Positions 9,976 through 23,649 of a stretch of DNA of 64,000 nucleotides are shown here, in pieces. The notes beneath the pieces were generated by a model, which saw only the letters and a list, made by a program, of their open reading frames with translations, was not told where the DNA came from and did not search any database. A program made the translations under genes and the position numbers. Numbering within the stretch: position 1 is the stretch's first letter; each line of letters starts with the position of its first letter. Source of the stretch: Mobula birostris. Its lineage: Eukaryota. The DNA is taken from contig NC_092393.1 in the NCBI RefSeq assembly GCF_030028105.1, positions 34,263,248 through 34,327,247 on the forward strand. The letters are read 5' to 3'.

Positions 9976-11700
9976 TTAATTATTCTGCATTTATGACTTG
10001 ATGTTGAATTCAATGACTGGGAATCATGGGAATTAATGTAGCGAATACAAATAATTGGTGGTGTTAAAAGATCTCAATTTTTAAAATTAAGTAGTTAAAA
10101 TCATTCCATTATAATACAATTGCAAAGGTTTTGGATTCTAGTTTTTTAAGATATATTTTCAGAACAGTGAAGAGTTAAGCCTCTGCTCCAATAAAGCATT
10201 TTGTAACTGAGTTCTTATACACAAAATTATGATACCAAACCCTTGAGTTAATGATTTTATTTAAACTTGGATTTTATTCATTGCATTTGATTGAGTTGAG
10301 CCACACCCAGAAATTGGTTTGAATTTTTAAAGCTAATTTATTCCCTTGGAATTCTAAATGAGCTGTATTGTATGTGTGCTAAGTAGGTTATTTAATTCCT
10401 GAAAAAGTAAAGCTTAACAAACATAAGCATTCGTTGTTAATAAAAATATTGCAAGAACTTTAAGCTTAAGCATACATGGGTGAGAAATGACAACACTTAA
10501 GGTCAAAGATTTTTTTACTCCATCAAAATTGGCAGAGAGTATAAAAAGATACTACTTTGCTAGAAGGCAGAGTTGGTGAGAACAGGGAGTGTCTGAATGT
10601 CAGCAACTTTAGTCTGCATAATCACTCTAAAAGCCAACAGTTGAGGCAGAAAAGTGTTGTATCTCCAGTATTACATTGTGCTCAACCAAAGGTAGAATGC
10701 AGAACTAAAACAGTGGGATCTTTGCATTACATTTCAAATTAGGTGAATGTTTTAGAAGTATTTTAAAATTAATTACAATAATGTATGAAGTTATTTGAAA
10801 TTGAAATCTAACTTGCTGCTGGAACTTTCCTTGGTGACATGGTGGGGGGGGGGGGGCGCGGAATTAGTAATCTGACTGGCAATATCAGGGCAATATTCAG
10901 TCCCAAGGGTAAAATAGCAGCTGCAATATTGTGCATTTATTTTTAATGGGGTCAATATGTGTATAGTATAGAATATTATGTACAAACATTTAAAAATTCT
11001 CAGTAACACAAAACCCGGTGGTACATAGTGATGGCAGTAGGTTGATGAGATGAAATAGGTATTCCACTGTCTCCTGCACTCCCAAGTTGGATTCTTGGGT
11101 GTGGATCCATTGTATAGTAATTATATTAATTAGTGTTTTACTCAATTGAAATGGAGGCATTGTCTTTTGGTCCTTCTGGAATCAAATTCTGCAAAGCAGG
11201 ATATTGCAGAGTGAGTTGGATACTTGTGGACTTTACGTGCCAGTTTTAAAAAGCGATTGTGGCCAATCAGAGTTTGTCTGCAGAGTAGGAGATTGCTCGG
11301 GTTATTAGTAATTTAGCAAGGGCCAACGAAAAGCTGTAAGCAGAGAGGCCATTGTTGGACTGGGTCAGGGTTAGAGTGAGAGTTTCTAGTGAGGACAGGC
11401 AGAAGCTAAGGGTGCTGAATTGTAGTGTCCATTGTGGGAGCGGCCTTTGGAATGGGTCAGGATTAGAGTTGGAGGCTGGCTCAACAGGGTTTGGGAAGAA
11501 AAGGCAGGGGCTAAGAGTGCTGTATTGCATGGAATCATTGATTTGATTGTAGAACTTGAGCTGAATAGGTTGGGGCCAAATGTATCATGAGTTTGGCAAG
11601 AAAAGGCTAAGTAAGTGACCTATGTGAGTGAAAAACAAAGGTTTCAGAGAGAAATAACAGGTAAGTGGATTTTTTTTTGGTCTAAATCCTTAGCTCGGTA

Positions 11701-14015
11701 AGACCACAAGACATGGGAGCAGATTTCGACCCATTGAGTCTGCACTGCTCTTCAATTATGGCTGATCTTTTTTTTTTCTCTCTCAACCCCATCCTCGGCC
11801 TTCTCTTCGTAACCTTTGATGCAGTGTCCAATCAAGAACCTATCAATCTCTGCCTTAAATACGCCCAATGACCTGGCCACTACAGCTGCCTGTGGTACAA
11901 ATTCCACAAATTCACTTCCCTCTGGCTGAAGAAATTTCTCCGCATCTCAGTTTTAAATGAATGCCCCTCTATCCTGTGGCTGTGTCCACATGTCCTAGAC
12001 ACCTCCACCATGGGAACCATCCTTTCCATATCTACTCTGTCCTGGTCTTCCAACATTTGAAAGGTTTTGATGAGATAAGCCCCCTCATCTTTCTAAATTG
12101 CAGCAAGTACAGACCCAGAGCTCTCAAACACTCTTTGATATCCCTTTCATTTCCTAGAATCATCCGTGTGAATCTCCTTTGAACCCTCTCCAATGCCAGC
12201 ACATCTTTTCTTAGATGAGGAACCCAAAGCTGTTCACAATACTCAAGGTGAGGCCTCACCAGTGCTTTAAAAAGTCTTGGCATCATATCCCTGCTCTTGT
12301 ATTCTAAACCTCTTGAAATGAATGCTAACATGGCATTTGCCTTCCTCACCACCGACTCTACCTGCAAGTTAACTTTTAGGGTGTTCTGCACAAGGACTCC
12401 CAAGTCCCTTTGCATCTCAGATTTTTGTATTTTCTCCCCATTTAGAAAATAGTCTGCACATTTACTTCTACTACCAAAGTGCATGACCATGCATTTTCCA
12501 ATATTGTATATTATTTGCCACTCTCCTGTCCATTCTCCTAATCTGTCTTAAGTCCTTCTGCAGCCTACCTGATTCCTCAACACCACCTCCCCCTCCACCA
12601 ATCTTCGTATCATTTGCAAACTTGGCAATAAAGCCTTCTATTCCATCATCTATATCATTGATATACAGCTTAAAAAGAAGTGGTCCCAACACCGACCCCT
12701 GCGGTACGCCACTAGTCACTGGCAGCCAACCAGAAAAGGATCCTTTTATTTGTACCAATCAGCCAATACTCTAACCATGCCAGTAACTTATCTGTAATAC
12801 CATGAGCTCTTAACTTGGTAAGCAGCCTCAGATGTGGCACCTTGTCAAAGGCCTTCTGAAAGTCCAAATGTACAACATCCACGGCATCCACTTTATCTAT
12901 CCTACTTGTAATCTCAAAGAATTCCAACAGATTCGTCAGGCCAGATTTTCCCATAAGAAAATGATGCTGACTTTCCCCCATCTTGTCCTGTGTCACCAAG
13001 TATTCCATAACCTCATCCTTAACAATTGACTCCAAGATCTAACCAACCACTGAGGTCAAGCTAACTGGTCTATAATTTCCTTCCTGTTGCCTTCCACCTG
13101 TCTTAGAGTGGAGTGACATTTGCAATTTTCCAGTCCTCTGGCATCATGCCAAAGTCTTTTGATTTTTTTTGAAAGGTCATTGCTAATGCTTCCACATTCT
13201 CTACCGCAACCTCTTTCAGAACCCTCGCATTCAGTTCATCTGGTCCGGGTGAGTTGTATACCCATGGGTCTTTCAGCTTTTTGAGCACCTTCTCCCTTCT
13301 CTCACTTCTCTTCCCTCACACACTTTAACATCTGGCACACTGCTTGTGTCTTCCACAGTGAAGACTGATGCAAAATACTCATTTAGTTCATCTGCTGTCT
13401 CCTTATCCTACATTATTTCTCCAGCCTCATTTTCTAGTGGTCCTATATCCACTCACATCTCATTTTTTATATACTTGAAATAGCTTTTACTATCCACTTT
13501 GATATTATTTGCTAGCTTGCTTTCATATTTCATTTTTTCCCTCCTATTGATTCTTTAGTTGTTCTAGGTTTTTAAAAGCTTCCCAATCCTCTATCTTCCC
13601 ACTAATATTTTCTTTGTATGACCTCTTTAGCTTTTACATTAGCATTGATTGCTCTTGTGAGCCATGGTTGTACTATTTTGCCATTTCAGTATTTTTCAAT
13701 TTTTGTAAAACATTTATCTTGCACCTTCTCATTTTTCCTAGAATCACACACCACTGCTGCTCTGCTGTCATCCCTACCAGCCTCTCCTTTCAGTTACTTT
13801 GGCCAACTTCTCTGGTGCGACTGTAATTTCCTCTACTCCACTCTCTCCCTATTAAGCTCCCTAATTGCTTCCGTTTCTTGACATAACACCTAATCCAGTA
13901 TTGCTGATATAGTAGGCTCCAAAAAGCCATCCTGTAGGCTTTCAACAAACTTACTCTATTGAGATCCATTACCAACCTGATTTTACCAATCGACCTGCAT
14001 GTTGAAATCTCCCAT
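11701..14015 (-). mobile_element. CR1 LINE, 5'-truncated, degenerate ORF2
   Basis: DFQKAFDKVPH, SGVPQGSVLGPLLF, RPHLEYC motifs in minus-strand ORFs 12032-13288. Confidence 0.93.
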
Positions 14016-14902
14016 GACTCTGGGAGTAGGCAGGATGCCAGGCTGAATGCTCCTCCTGTAAGATGTGTGATTTTAGGGTACCCAACAGTCCCTGATGACT
14101 ACATCGGGTCGTGCTCCTGTTCGGCAAGGGAGGCTGAATGTGTTCGACCATCTGAGAGGGTGGAAACTTCGTAGATGAAAGTATCACTGGAGTGGAGTAC
14201 AGGCTTCAGAGAGTAGATAGGTGACCACTGAGAGAAGTAAGGGGGATAAGCAATCAGTGTACGGTTCCCCTTTGGCTATTTCCCTCAACAACAAGTAAAC
14301 CCCTTTGGGTACTACTGGGGGGATGGGGGGTGACCTTTCAGGTCACAGTATAGCAGCCAAGCCAGTGGCTCTGAGAAGAGTAAATTCAGGCAGAGTGATC
14401 GTGATAGGAGTCTTGATAGTTAAAGGGACAGACTAGAGATTCTGTGGTTGAGAAAGATGTCAAGATGGTGTGTTGCCTCCGAGGTGCCAGAGCCAGGATG
14501 TCTCAAAGCAACTGCAGAATATTTTCAAGGAAGAGGGGTGAGCAGCCATAGGTTATGGCACACATTGGCACTAATGACATGGGTAGAAAAGGGAAAAAGA
14601 TCACACACAGTAAAGGGAGTTAGGAAAGGAGCTAAAGAGCAGGACCTCTAGGGTGGTAGCAATCTGATTACACCCAGTGCCTTATGCTAGTTAGGACAGG
14701 AATAGGATGATAACTGGTGCAGAGGGGAGGATTTCAGAGTTGTGGATCATTGGAACCTCTTTTGGGACAAGGGTGACCTGTATAAGAGGGGACAGGTTGC
14801 ATCTAAACTGGAGGGAAAGCAATATCCTGCCCTGAAGGTTTGCTACAGTGTGTTGGGAGGGTTTATATTAGTCTGGCAAGTGGATGGGAACCAGAATGAG
14901 AT

Positions 14903-17900
14903 CATAAGATGTAGGAACAGAAGTAGGCCATTCAGCCCATCGAGTCTGCTGCACCATTCAATCATGGGCTGATCCAATTCTTCCAGATGCCCTGGCTAAT
15001 CAAGAACCTATCTATCTCTGCCTTAAATGCACCCAATGACTTGGCTTCCACAGCCACTTGTGGCAACAAATTCCATAGATTTACCATCCTCTGACTAATT
15101 TACCCACATCTATGTTCTAAATGGATGTCCTTCAATTCTGAAGTTGTGCCCTCTTGTTCTAGACTCCTTGACCATGGGAGATAACTTTACCATATCTAAT
15201 CTGTTCAGGCCTTTTACCATTCGGAATGTTTCTATGAGATTCTCCCCTCATTCTCCTGAACTCCAGGGAATACAGACCAAGAGCTGCCAGATGTTCCTTG
15301 TATGGTAACCCTTTCATTCCTGGAATCATTCTCTTGAATCTTCTGTGAACCCTATCCAATGTTGGTATATCCTTTCTCGAATAAGGAGCCCAAAACTGCA
15401 CACAATACTCCAAGTGTGGTCTCACGAGTGCCTTATACACCCTCAACATCACATCCCTGCTCTTGTATTCTATGCCTTTATAGTCATTGTCATACTTTAT
15501 TGATCCCGGGGGAAATTGGTTACAGCTGCACCATAAATAATTAAATGGTAATATGTAAATTATGCCAGGAAATAAGTCCAGGACCAGCCTATTGGCTCAG
15601 GGTGTCTGACCCTCCAGGGGAGGAGTTGTAAAGTTTGATGGCCACAGGCAGGAATGACTTCCTATGACGCTCTGTGTTGTATCTTGGTGGAATGAGTGAA
15701 ATGAATGGCAACATTGCATTTGCTGCCTTCGCCACTGACTCAACCTGAAGGTTAACCTTTATGGTATCCGGCACAAGGACTCCAAAGTGCCTTTGCACCT
15801 CTGCATTTTGAATTCTCTCCCCAACTAAATAATAGTCTGCCCGTTCATTTCTTCCACCAAAGTGCATGACCATACACTTTTCAACATTGTATTTCATTTG
15901 CCACTTCTTTGCCCATTCCCCTAAACTAACTACAAGTCTCACTGCAGGCTTTCTGTTACCTCAACACTACCCGCTCCTCCACCTAACTTTGTATCATCGG
16001 TAAATTTAGCCATTAATCCCATAGTCTTAATCATTGACATACATCATAAAAAGCAGTGGTTCCAACACCAACCCCTGTGGAGCTCCACTGGTAACCAACA
16101 GCCAGCCAAGATAGGATTTCTTTATTCCCACTATCTGTTTTCAGCCGATCAGCCAATGCTCCCCCTATGCTAGTAACTTTCCTGTAATTCCATGGGCTTT
16201 TATCTTGCTAAGCAGCCTCATGTGTGGCATCTTATCAAAGGCCTTCTGAAAATCTAAGTTCACCACATCTACTGCACATCCTTTGTCTATCCTGCTTGTA
16301 ATTTCCACAAAAAATTGCGGTAGGTTAGTTAGGCAGGATTTTCCTTTCAGGAAACCACGCTGGCTTTGGCCTGTCTTGTCATGTGCTTCCAGGTATTCCA
16401 TAATCTCATCTCTAACAATAGATTCCAACAACTTCCCAACCACTGATGTCAGGCTAACAAGTCTATAATTTTCTTTCTGCTGCCTCCCACCCTTCTTAAA
16501 TAGCGGAGTAACATTTGCAATTTTCCAGTCATCCGGTACAATGCCAGAATCTGTGGATTCTTGAAGGATCATTGTTAATGCCTCTGCAATCTCTCCAGCT
16601 ACTTCCTTCAGAATCAGAGGGTGCATTCCATCAGATCCAGGAGATTTATTCTCCCTTAGACCATTAAGCTTCCTGAGCTCCTCCTCATTCGTAATTTTCA
16701 CTGCACATACCTCACTTCTTTGACACTCTTGAATGTCCAGTATGCTGAAGATGTCTTCCACTGAAGACTGATGCAAAATGCTCATTCAGTTCCTCTGCCA
16801 TGTGAGCATCTCTCATTACAACATCTCCAGCGTCAATTTCTATTGGTCCTATATCTACCCTCAACTACCTTTTACCCTTTATATACCTAAGCTTTTAGTA
16901 TCTATTTGATATTAGTCACCACTTTCCTTTCATAATTCACCTTTTCCTTCCTAATGACCTTTTTTTAGTCTCCTTCTGCAAGTTTTTAAAAGCTTCTCAA
17001 TCCTCTATCTTCTCACTGGCTTTGGCTTCCTTGTATGCCCTCTCTTTTGCTTTTAGTTTGGCTCTGACTTCACTTGTCAGCCACAGTAGTGTCCTTCCAT
17101 TCAAAAATTTCTTATTTGGAATGTATCTGTCTTGCACTTCCCTCATTTTTGCAGAAACTCCAGCCATTGCTGCTCTGCTGTCCTTCCTGCTAGTACCCCT
17201 TTCCAGTCAACCATGGCTAGTTCCCCTCTCAATGGAATTTAGTTTCTCCTTCTCAAATTTCAAAGTGAACTCGAACATATTATAACTGTTCCCTAAGGTT
17301 TCCTTAACCTTAAGCTCTCTTATCACCTCCAGATCATTGCACAACACCCAATCCAGCACAGCCAATCCCCTAGTGGGGCTCAACAAGAAGCTGTTCTAAA
17401 AAGCCATCCCTTAAACATTCTACAAATTCTCTCGAAGTTCAGTACTGGCCAGGTTTTCCCAATCCACCTTCATGTTAAAGTCCCTGATTACCATGACATT
17501 GCCCTTCTGACACACCTTTCTATCTCCTGCTATAATTTGTAATCCCCATCCCAGCTGCTTTTCGGAGGCCATTAGGGTCCTTTTACCCTTACCATTTCGT
17601 AACTCAACTCAGAGACTCCACCTTCCAATCCTATGTCATCCCTAATGATTTAATATTATTTCTTGTACACAGGGCCATACCACCCCCTCTGCCTACTAAC
17701 CTATCTTTCCGATACACTGTATATCCTTGGACATTCAACTCCCAATGACAGCCATCCTTTAGCCAAGTTTCAGAGATGGCCACAATGTTATACTTGCCAA
17801 TCTGTAGCTGAATTTCAAGATCGTCCATTTTATTTCTTATACTGCATGCATTCAAACACACTTTCAGTCCAGTATTTGTTGCCACTGGCTGTGATTATGC

Positions 17901-18410
17901 CTCATCTCCTGCCTGTCCTTTCTATCATCTCTGTTGCACTCTATCTTTGATTTATTTCTATTTTCCCCTTCCTCAGCCCTATCTATCACTCTGGTTCCCA
18001 TCCCCCTGCCAAATTAGTTTAAACCGTCCCTAACAGCTCTATTAAACCTGCCTGCTAGGATATTGGACCCCTTTGGTTTCAGGTGTAATCTGTCCTTTTT
18101 GTACGGGTTGTACCTCCCCCAGAACATGCCCCAATGATCCAGGAACCCGAAGCCCTGCCCCCTATACCAGTCTCTCAGCCACGCATTAATATGCCTGATC
18201 ATGTTATTCTTGCATTTGTTAGCCCAGGCAGCAATCGTGAGATTACTACCCTGCAGATCCTGCTTTTTAGCTTCCTACCCAACTCCCTGAATTCTCTCTT
18301 CAGGACCTCCTCCCTTTTTCTGCCCATGTCATTGGTACCGACGTGCACCAAGACTTCTGGCTGTTCACCCTCTCCCTTCAGAATACTGTGCACCCGATCC
18401 AAGACATCCT
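14903..18410 (-). mobile_element. CR1 LINE with ORF1 esterase part, endonuclease and RT, degenerate
   Basis: VHVGTND (ORF1), LNACSIRNK/ISETWL (endonuclease), DFQKAFDK, RPHLEYCVQFW. Confidence 0.93.
15481..15696 (-). mobile_element. Rex1/Babar-like LINE 3' fragment inserted in CR1
   Basis: PPRYNTERHRKSFLPVAIKLYNS*, AATAAA and short tandem tail; CR1 sequence is contiguous across the insert. Confidence 0.75.
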
Positions 18411-20880
18411 GGTCAGAAAGTAAAAGGATGGAGAGGGAGATATCAAAGCTAATTTAAAAACAGGCAAGAGCAAGGCAGTACATAAGGGATATTCAATATT
18501 CAGGAGGGATAGACATGGAGGTGGGGTGGCGTTGCTGGTTAAAGAAGGGATTAACGCAATAGAAAGGAAGGACAGAAGCCAGGAAGATGTGGAATCGATA
18601 TGGGTAGAGCTGCGTAACACTAAGGGGCAGAAGACGCTGGTGGGAGTTGTGTACAGGCCACCTAACAGTAGTAGTGAGGTCGGAGATGGTATTAAACAGG
18701 AAATTAGGAATGTGTTCAATAAAGGAACAGCAGTTATAATGGGTGACTTCAATCTACATGTAGATTGGGTGAACCAAATTGGTAAAGGTCCTGAGGAAGA
18801 GGATTTCTTGGAATGTATGCGGGATGGTTTTTTGAACCAACATGTCGAGGAACCGACTAGAGAGCAGGCTATTCTGGACTGGGTTTTGAGCAATGAGGAA
18901 GGGTTAATTAGCAATTTTGTCGTGAGAGGCCCCTTGGGTAAGAGTGACCATAATATGGTGGAATTCTTCATTAAGATGGAGAGTGACATAGTTAATTCAG
19001 AAACAAAGGTTCTGAACTTAAAGAGGGGTAACTTTGAAGGTATGAGACGTGAATTAGCTAAGATAGACTGGCAAATGACACTTAAAGGATTGACGATGGA
19101 TATGCAATGGCAAGCATTTAAAGGTTGCATGGATGAACTACAACAATTGTTCATCCCAGTTTGGCAAAAGAATAAATCAAGGAAGGTAGTGCACCCGTGG
19201 CTGACAAGAGAAATTAGGGATAGTATCAATTCCAAAGAAGAAGCATACAAATTAGCCAGAGAAAGTGGCTCACCTGAGGACTGGGAGAAATTCAGAGTTC
19301 AGCAGAGGAGGACAAAGGGCTTAATTAGGAAGGGGAAAAAAGATTATGAGAGAAAACTGGCAGGGAACATAAAAACTGACTGTAAAAGCTTTTATAGATA
19401 TGTAAAAAGGAAAAGACTGGTAAAGACAAATGTAGGTCCCCTACAGACAGAAACAGGTGAATTGATTATGGGGAGCAAGGACATGGCAGACCAATTGAAT
19501 AATTACTTTGGTTCTGTCTTCACTGAGGAGGACATAAATAATCTTCCAGAAATAGTAGGGGACAGAGGGTCCAGTGAGATGGAGGAACTGAGGGAAATAC
19601 ATGTTAGTAGGGAAGTGGTGTTAGGTAAATTGAAGGGATTGAAGGCAGATAAATCCCCAGGGCCAGATGGTCTGCATCCTAGAGTGCTTAAGGAAGTAGC
19701 CCAAGAAATAGTGGATGCATTAGTGATAATTTTTCAAAACTCGTTAGATTCTGGACTAGTTCCTGAGGATTGGAGGGTGGCTAATGTAACCCCACTTTTT
19801 AAAAAAGGAGGGAGAGAGAAACCAGGGAATTATAGACTGGTTAGCCTAACGTCGGTGGTGGGGAAACTGCTGGAGTCAGTTATCAAGGATGTGATAACAG
19901 CACATTTGGAAAGCGGTGAAATGATCGGACAAAGTCAGCATGGATTTGTGAAAGGAAAATCATGTCTGACGAATCTCATAGAATTTTTTGAGGATGTAAC
20001 TAGTAGAGTGGATAGGGGAGAACCAGTGGATGTGGTATATTTGGATTCTCAAAAGGCTTTTGACAAGGTCCCACAGAGGAGATTAGTGTGCAAACTTAAA
20101 GCACATGGTATTGGGGGTAAGGTATTGATGTGGATGGAGAATTGGTTAGCAGACAGGAAGCAAAGAGTGGGAATAAACGGGACCTTTTCAGAATGGCAGG
20201 CGGTGACTAGTGGGGTACCGCAAGGCTCAGTGCTGGGACTCCAGTTGTTTACAATATATATTAATGACTTGGATGAGGGAATTAAATGCAGCATCTCCAA
20301 GTTTGTGGATGACACGAAGCTGGGTGGCAGTGTTAGCTGTGAGGAGGATGCTAAGAGGATGCAGAGTGACTTGGATAGGTTGGGTGAGTGGGCAAATTCA
20401 TGGTAGATGCAATTTAATGTGGATAAATGTGAAGTTATCCACTTTGGTGGCAAAAACAGGAAAACAGATTATTATCTGAATGGTGGCTGATTAGGAAAAG
20501 GGGAGGTGCAACAAGACCTGGGTGTCATTATACACCAGTCATTGAAAGTGGGCATGCAGGTACAGCAGGCGGTGAAAAAGGCGAATGGTATGCTGGCATT
20601 TATAGTGAGAGGATTCGAGTACAGGAGCAGGGAGGTACTACTGCAGTTGTACAAGGCCTTGGTGAGACCACACCTGGAGTATTGTGTGCAGTTTTGGTCC
20701 CCTAATCTGAGGAAAGACATCCTTGCCATAGAGGGAGTACAAAGAAGGTTCACCAGATTGATTCCTGGGATGGCAGGACTTTCATATAAAGAAAGACTGG
20801 ATGAACTGGGCTTGTACTCATTGGAATTTAGAAGATTGAGGGGGATCTGATTGATACGTATAAAATCCTATGTTTCTATG
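18411..20880 (+). mobile_element. Young 5'-truncated CR1 LINE; ORF2 endonuclease-RT open for 626 codons
   Basis: ORF 18526-20406: YRPP, MGDFN, SDHN, KSPGPDG, QHGF, GVPQGS, FVDD; stops at 20404 and 20488; RPHLEYCVQFW; tail CTATGTTTCTATG. Confidence 0.96.
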
Positions 20881-21289
20881 ATGGAGTGGATAGGTGGAAA
20901 TGAATGTGCTTTAACATTAGGAATTATTATGGGTAAAGGCGAAGAACTTGGAGCATGGATTAGTACATGGAACTATGGTGTGCGAACATTACCGAGACTT
21001 GATTGAAAGAGGGACAGAAGTAGGTGTTTAACGTTTCAAGGTTTTGATCTTTCAGAAAGATAGTTAAGAGGTGGGGGAGGTTGCACTATTAGTTGGACAA
21101 TAACACAGCTGTACTCGGGACATAATGGAGAGCTCATCCATTAGTTATATATAAATATAACTCAAAATTAGGAAGGCTGCAGTCACTCTGGGATTGTACT
21201 ATAGACCTCTCCAATAACCTTGGGACAATGATGAACAGATATGCAGGTAGATTAATGAAAAGTGTTGTCAGAGGGGACTTCAACTTTTT

Positions 21290-21553
21290 TTTGAGATGCA
21301 GCTTGGAACAGGTTCTTTCTGTCCTTCAAGCCATACTGCCCAGCGTTCCCCCGATTTAATCCTAGCCTAATCACATGGCACTTGACAATTATCAATTAAC
21401 CTACCAACCAGTACGTCTTTGGACTGGGAGGAAACTGGAGCACCAGAGGAAACCTGTGTGGTCACGAAAGAACATACGAACACTTTACAGGCAGTGGTGG
21501 AAATTGAACCTGTGCCACCTGTACTGTAAAGTGCTGTGCTAGTCACTATGCTA
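21290..21553 (-). mobile_element. tRNA-derived SINE (HE1/V-SINE-like)
   Basis: Minus strand: B-box GGTTCAATTTCC and core TTTCCTCTGGTGCTCCAGTTTCCTCCCAGTCCAAAGACGTAC. Confidence 0.75.
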
Positions 21554-22552
21554 AAGGGTAATTAGCGACCTTGTTGGAGGGTATTAAACTGGAGCAAGGC
21601 AAAGTATGACAGCATTAAGCAGGATCCAGGGAGAGTTAATGGGAACAGTTTTTGAGTAAGCCCACATCAGATATATGGAGAGTATTTAAAGACCAACTTA
21701 TTACAGAACAGGTATGTTCCAGTCACAAAGCAGAACTAGGATGACAAAATAAGAGAACCTTGGATGTTGAGAGTTGTAAATAGTAAAGGAAAAGTATGTA
21801 AAGCCTCAGGAGCTAGAATCAAACGGAGCTCTTGAAGTTTATGAAGAAGCCAGAAAGAACTCAAAGGTAAAGCCTGGAAGGTCCATGAAAAGTCCTTGAG
21901 AAGTAGGTTAAAAGAGAATCTCAAGACATTCTATACAAGAGAATAACTGGTGAGGGGGTAGGACCATTCAAGGCGAGGGGAACATTTGTTTGGATGCGGA
22001 GGCCCTTGATGAGTACATCAATGTTTACCAAGGAGAAGGACGTGGAGGATAGGAAAATCAGCGCTGACAATATTAATTTTAGAACATTTTTAGTTAAAGA
22101 GCATTAAGGTGGTTCAGTACCTGTTCCTGTCCTGGACTGTTTTATGTTCAAATGCTGCTAAGTTAGCTGTTTCCCTGCAACAGGCTCTACCAGCTGTAAT
22201 GGAAGCACTAATTGGAGAAGTGTTATGAAGAATAGATTTCTGAAAGCATCTGGGCCTTAAGCATGGAAATTAAAAACTTGAAGCTCAAGCTATATACTCT
22301 CCTCCCTTATGCCCACCTGCAAAATATAACAAACTAATTTTGGTACCACAAAATCAGGATATTCTTCCTGATTAGAGGTGACCTTTAGTTAAATAAATGA
22401 CAAGACACTGAGCATCATTCCAGTTTACTTTTTAACTACTCAGCATATTACATGCATGAGGGCAATCTTGTCTCATAAGATTATGCAGGGAATTAATTAG
22501 TTTTCTATTAACAGTAACTTCACAAATCCATCTAAATAACTGAAATATATGC

Positions 22553-23645
22553 ATGAGAAAATCTGCAGATGCTGGAAATCCAAAGCACCACACACTAAAT
22601 GCTAGAGGAATTCAGCAGGCCAGGCAGCATCTATGGACAAGAGTAAGCAGCTGACATTTTGAGCCAAGATTCTTCAGGACTGGAAAAAAGATGAAGTCAG
22701 AGTAAGCAGCTTTGTGGGGAGCAAGAAGTACTAAGTGGTAGGTGACAGGTGAAACTGAGGGGGGGGGGCAGGTGAAGTAAATAGCTGAGAAGTTGATTGG
22801 TGAAAGAGATAAAGGGCTGGAGGAGGGAGAATCTGATAAGAGGGTAGAAGACCATGGATAAAAGGGAAGATGGAGGGGTACCAGAGAGAGGTCATGGGCA
22901 GGTAAGAGGTGAGAGAGGGGAAAAAGAAATGGAGAATGGTGAAGGGGAGGGCTCCATTACTGGAAGCTCAAGAAATTGATGTTCATGCCATCAGGTTGGA
23001 GGCTACCCAGGTAGAATACAAGGTGTTGCACCTCCAAGCTGAGTGTGGCCTCATTGTGGCAGTAGAGAAGGCCATGGTCCAACATGTCAAAATGAGAATG
23101 TGAAGTAGAATTGAGTTGGGTGGCCACCAGTAGATCCGACTTTTTTAGGCAGATGGAGTATAGCTGCTCGGCAAAGCAGTTTCTCAATCTACGTTGGATC
23201 TTACTGATATACAGGAGGCCACAATGGGAGCAACTGATACAGTAGATGACCCCCAGCAGGCTCACAGGTGAAGTGCTGCCTCACCTGGACGGACTGTTTG
23301 GGACCCTGAATGCTCGTTGGTGGGGGGGAGGTATGGCACTTGTTCAACTTGCGAGGATAAATGGCAGGAGGGAGATCAGTGGGGAGAGACAAATGGAGAA
23401 GTGGGTAGTGTAGGGAGCGATCCCTGTGTAAATTGTTTGGGGGGGGGCGTTGGGAAGAGATGTGCTTGGTGGTGATTGAATTCCATTCGAGATGGCGGAA
23501 ATTACAGAGAATTATGTGCTGGGCATGGAGACTGGTGGCGTGGTAGATGAGGATAAGAGCCCTATTGCTGGTGTGGCGGCAGGAGGATGGGTGAGGGCAG
23601 ATATGCATGAAATGGAAGAGATGTGGATGAGGACAGCATTGATGG
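22553..23645 (-). mobile_element. Penelope-like retroelement 3' part (GIY-YIG endonuclease and terminal repeat)
   Basis: GVIYCISCSHCGLLYISKIQRRLRNCFAEQL = degenerate GIY-YIG with CxxC; terminal repeat as at 3607 and 34808. Confidence 0.85.
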
Positions 23646-23649
23646 TTGG

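Larger units (their letters stand above)
11220..22100 (+). mobile_element. Old host CR1 LINE split by nested insertions (5' region ~11220-11700, ORF1 ~14020-14900, ORF2 remnant ~20880-22100)
   Basis: ORF1 Cys motif and esterase-like remnants (VIVIG.., RVVDHWNLFW) at 14040-14890; endonuclease remnant (EELGAWISTWNY) after 20930; joining the pieces into one element is inference. Confidence 0.6.

Noticed and set aside
18378-19250. 290-aa minus-strand ORF
   Set aside because: Antisense shadow of young CR1 ORF2
18526-20406. Domesticated RT gene or prokaryotic RT system (retron, DGR)
   Set aside because: Typical CR1 endonuclease-RT, 5'-truncated, with nonsense and motif lesions and several homologues in this window
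22650-22682. Hammerhead in the Penelope terminal repeat
   Set aside because: Core deleted or mutated (no GAAAC-GUC)
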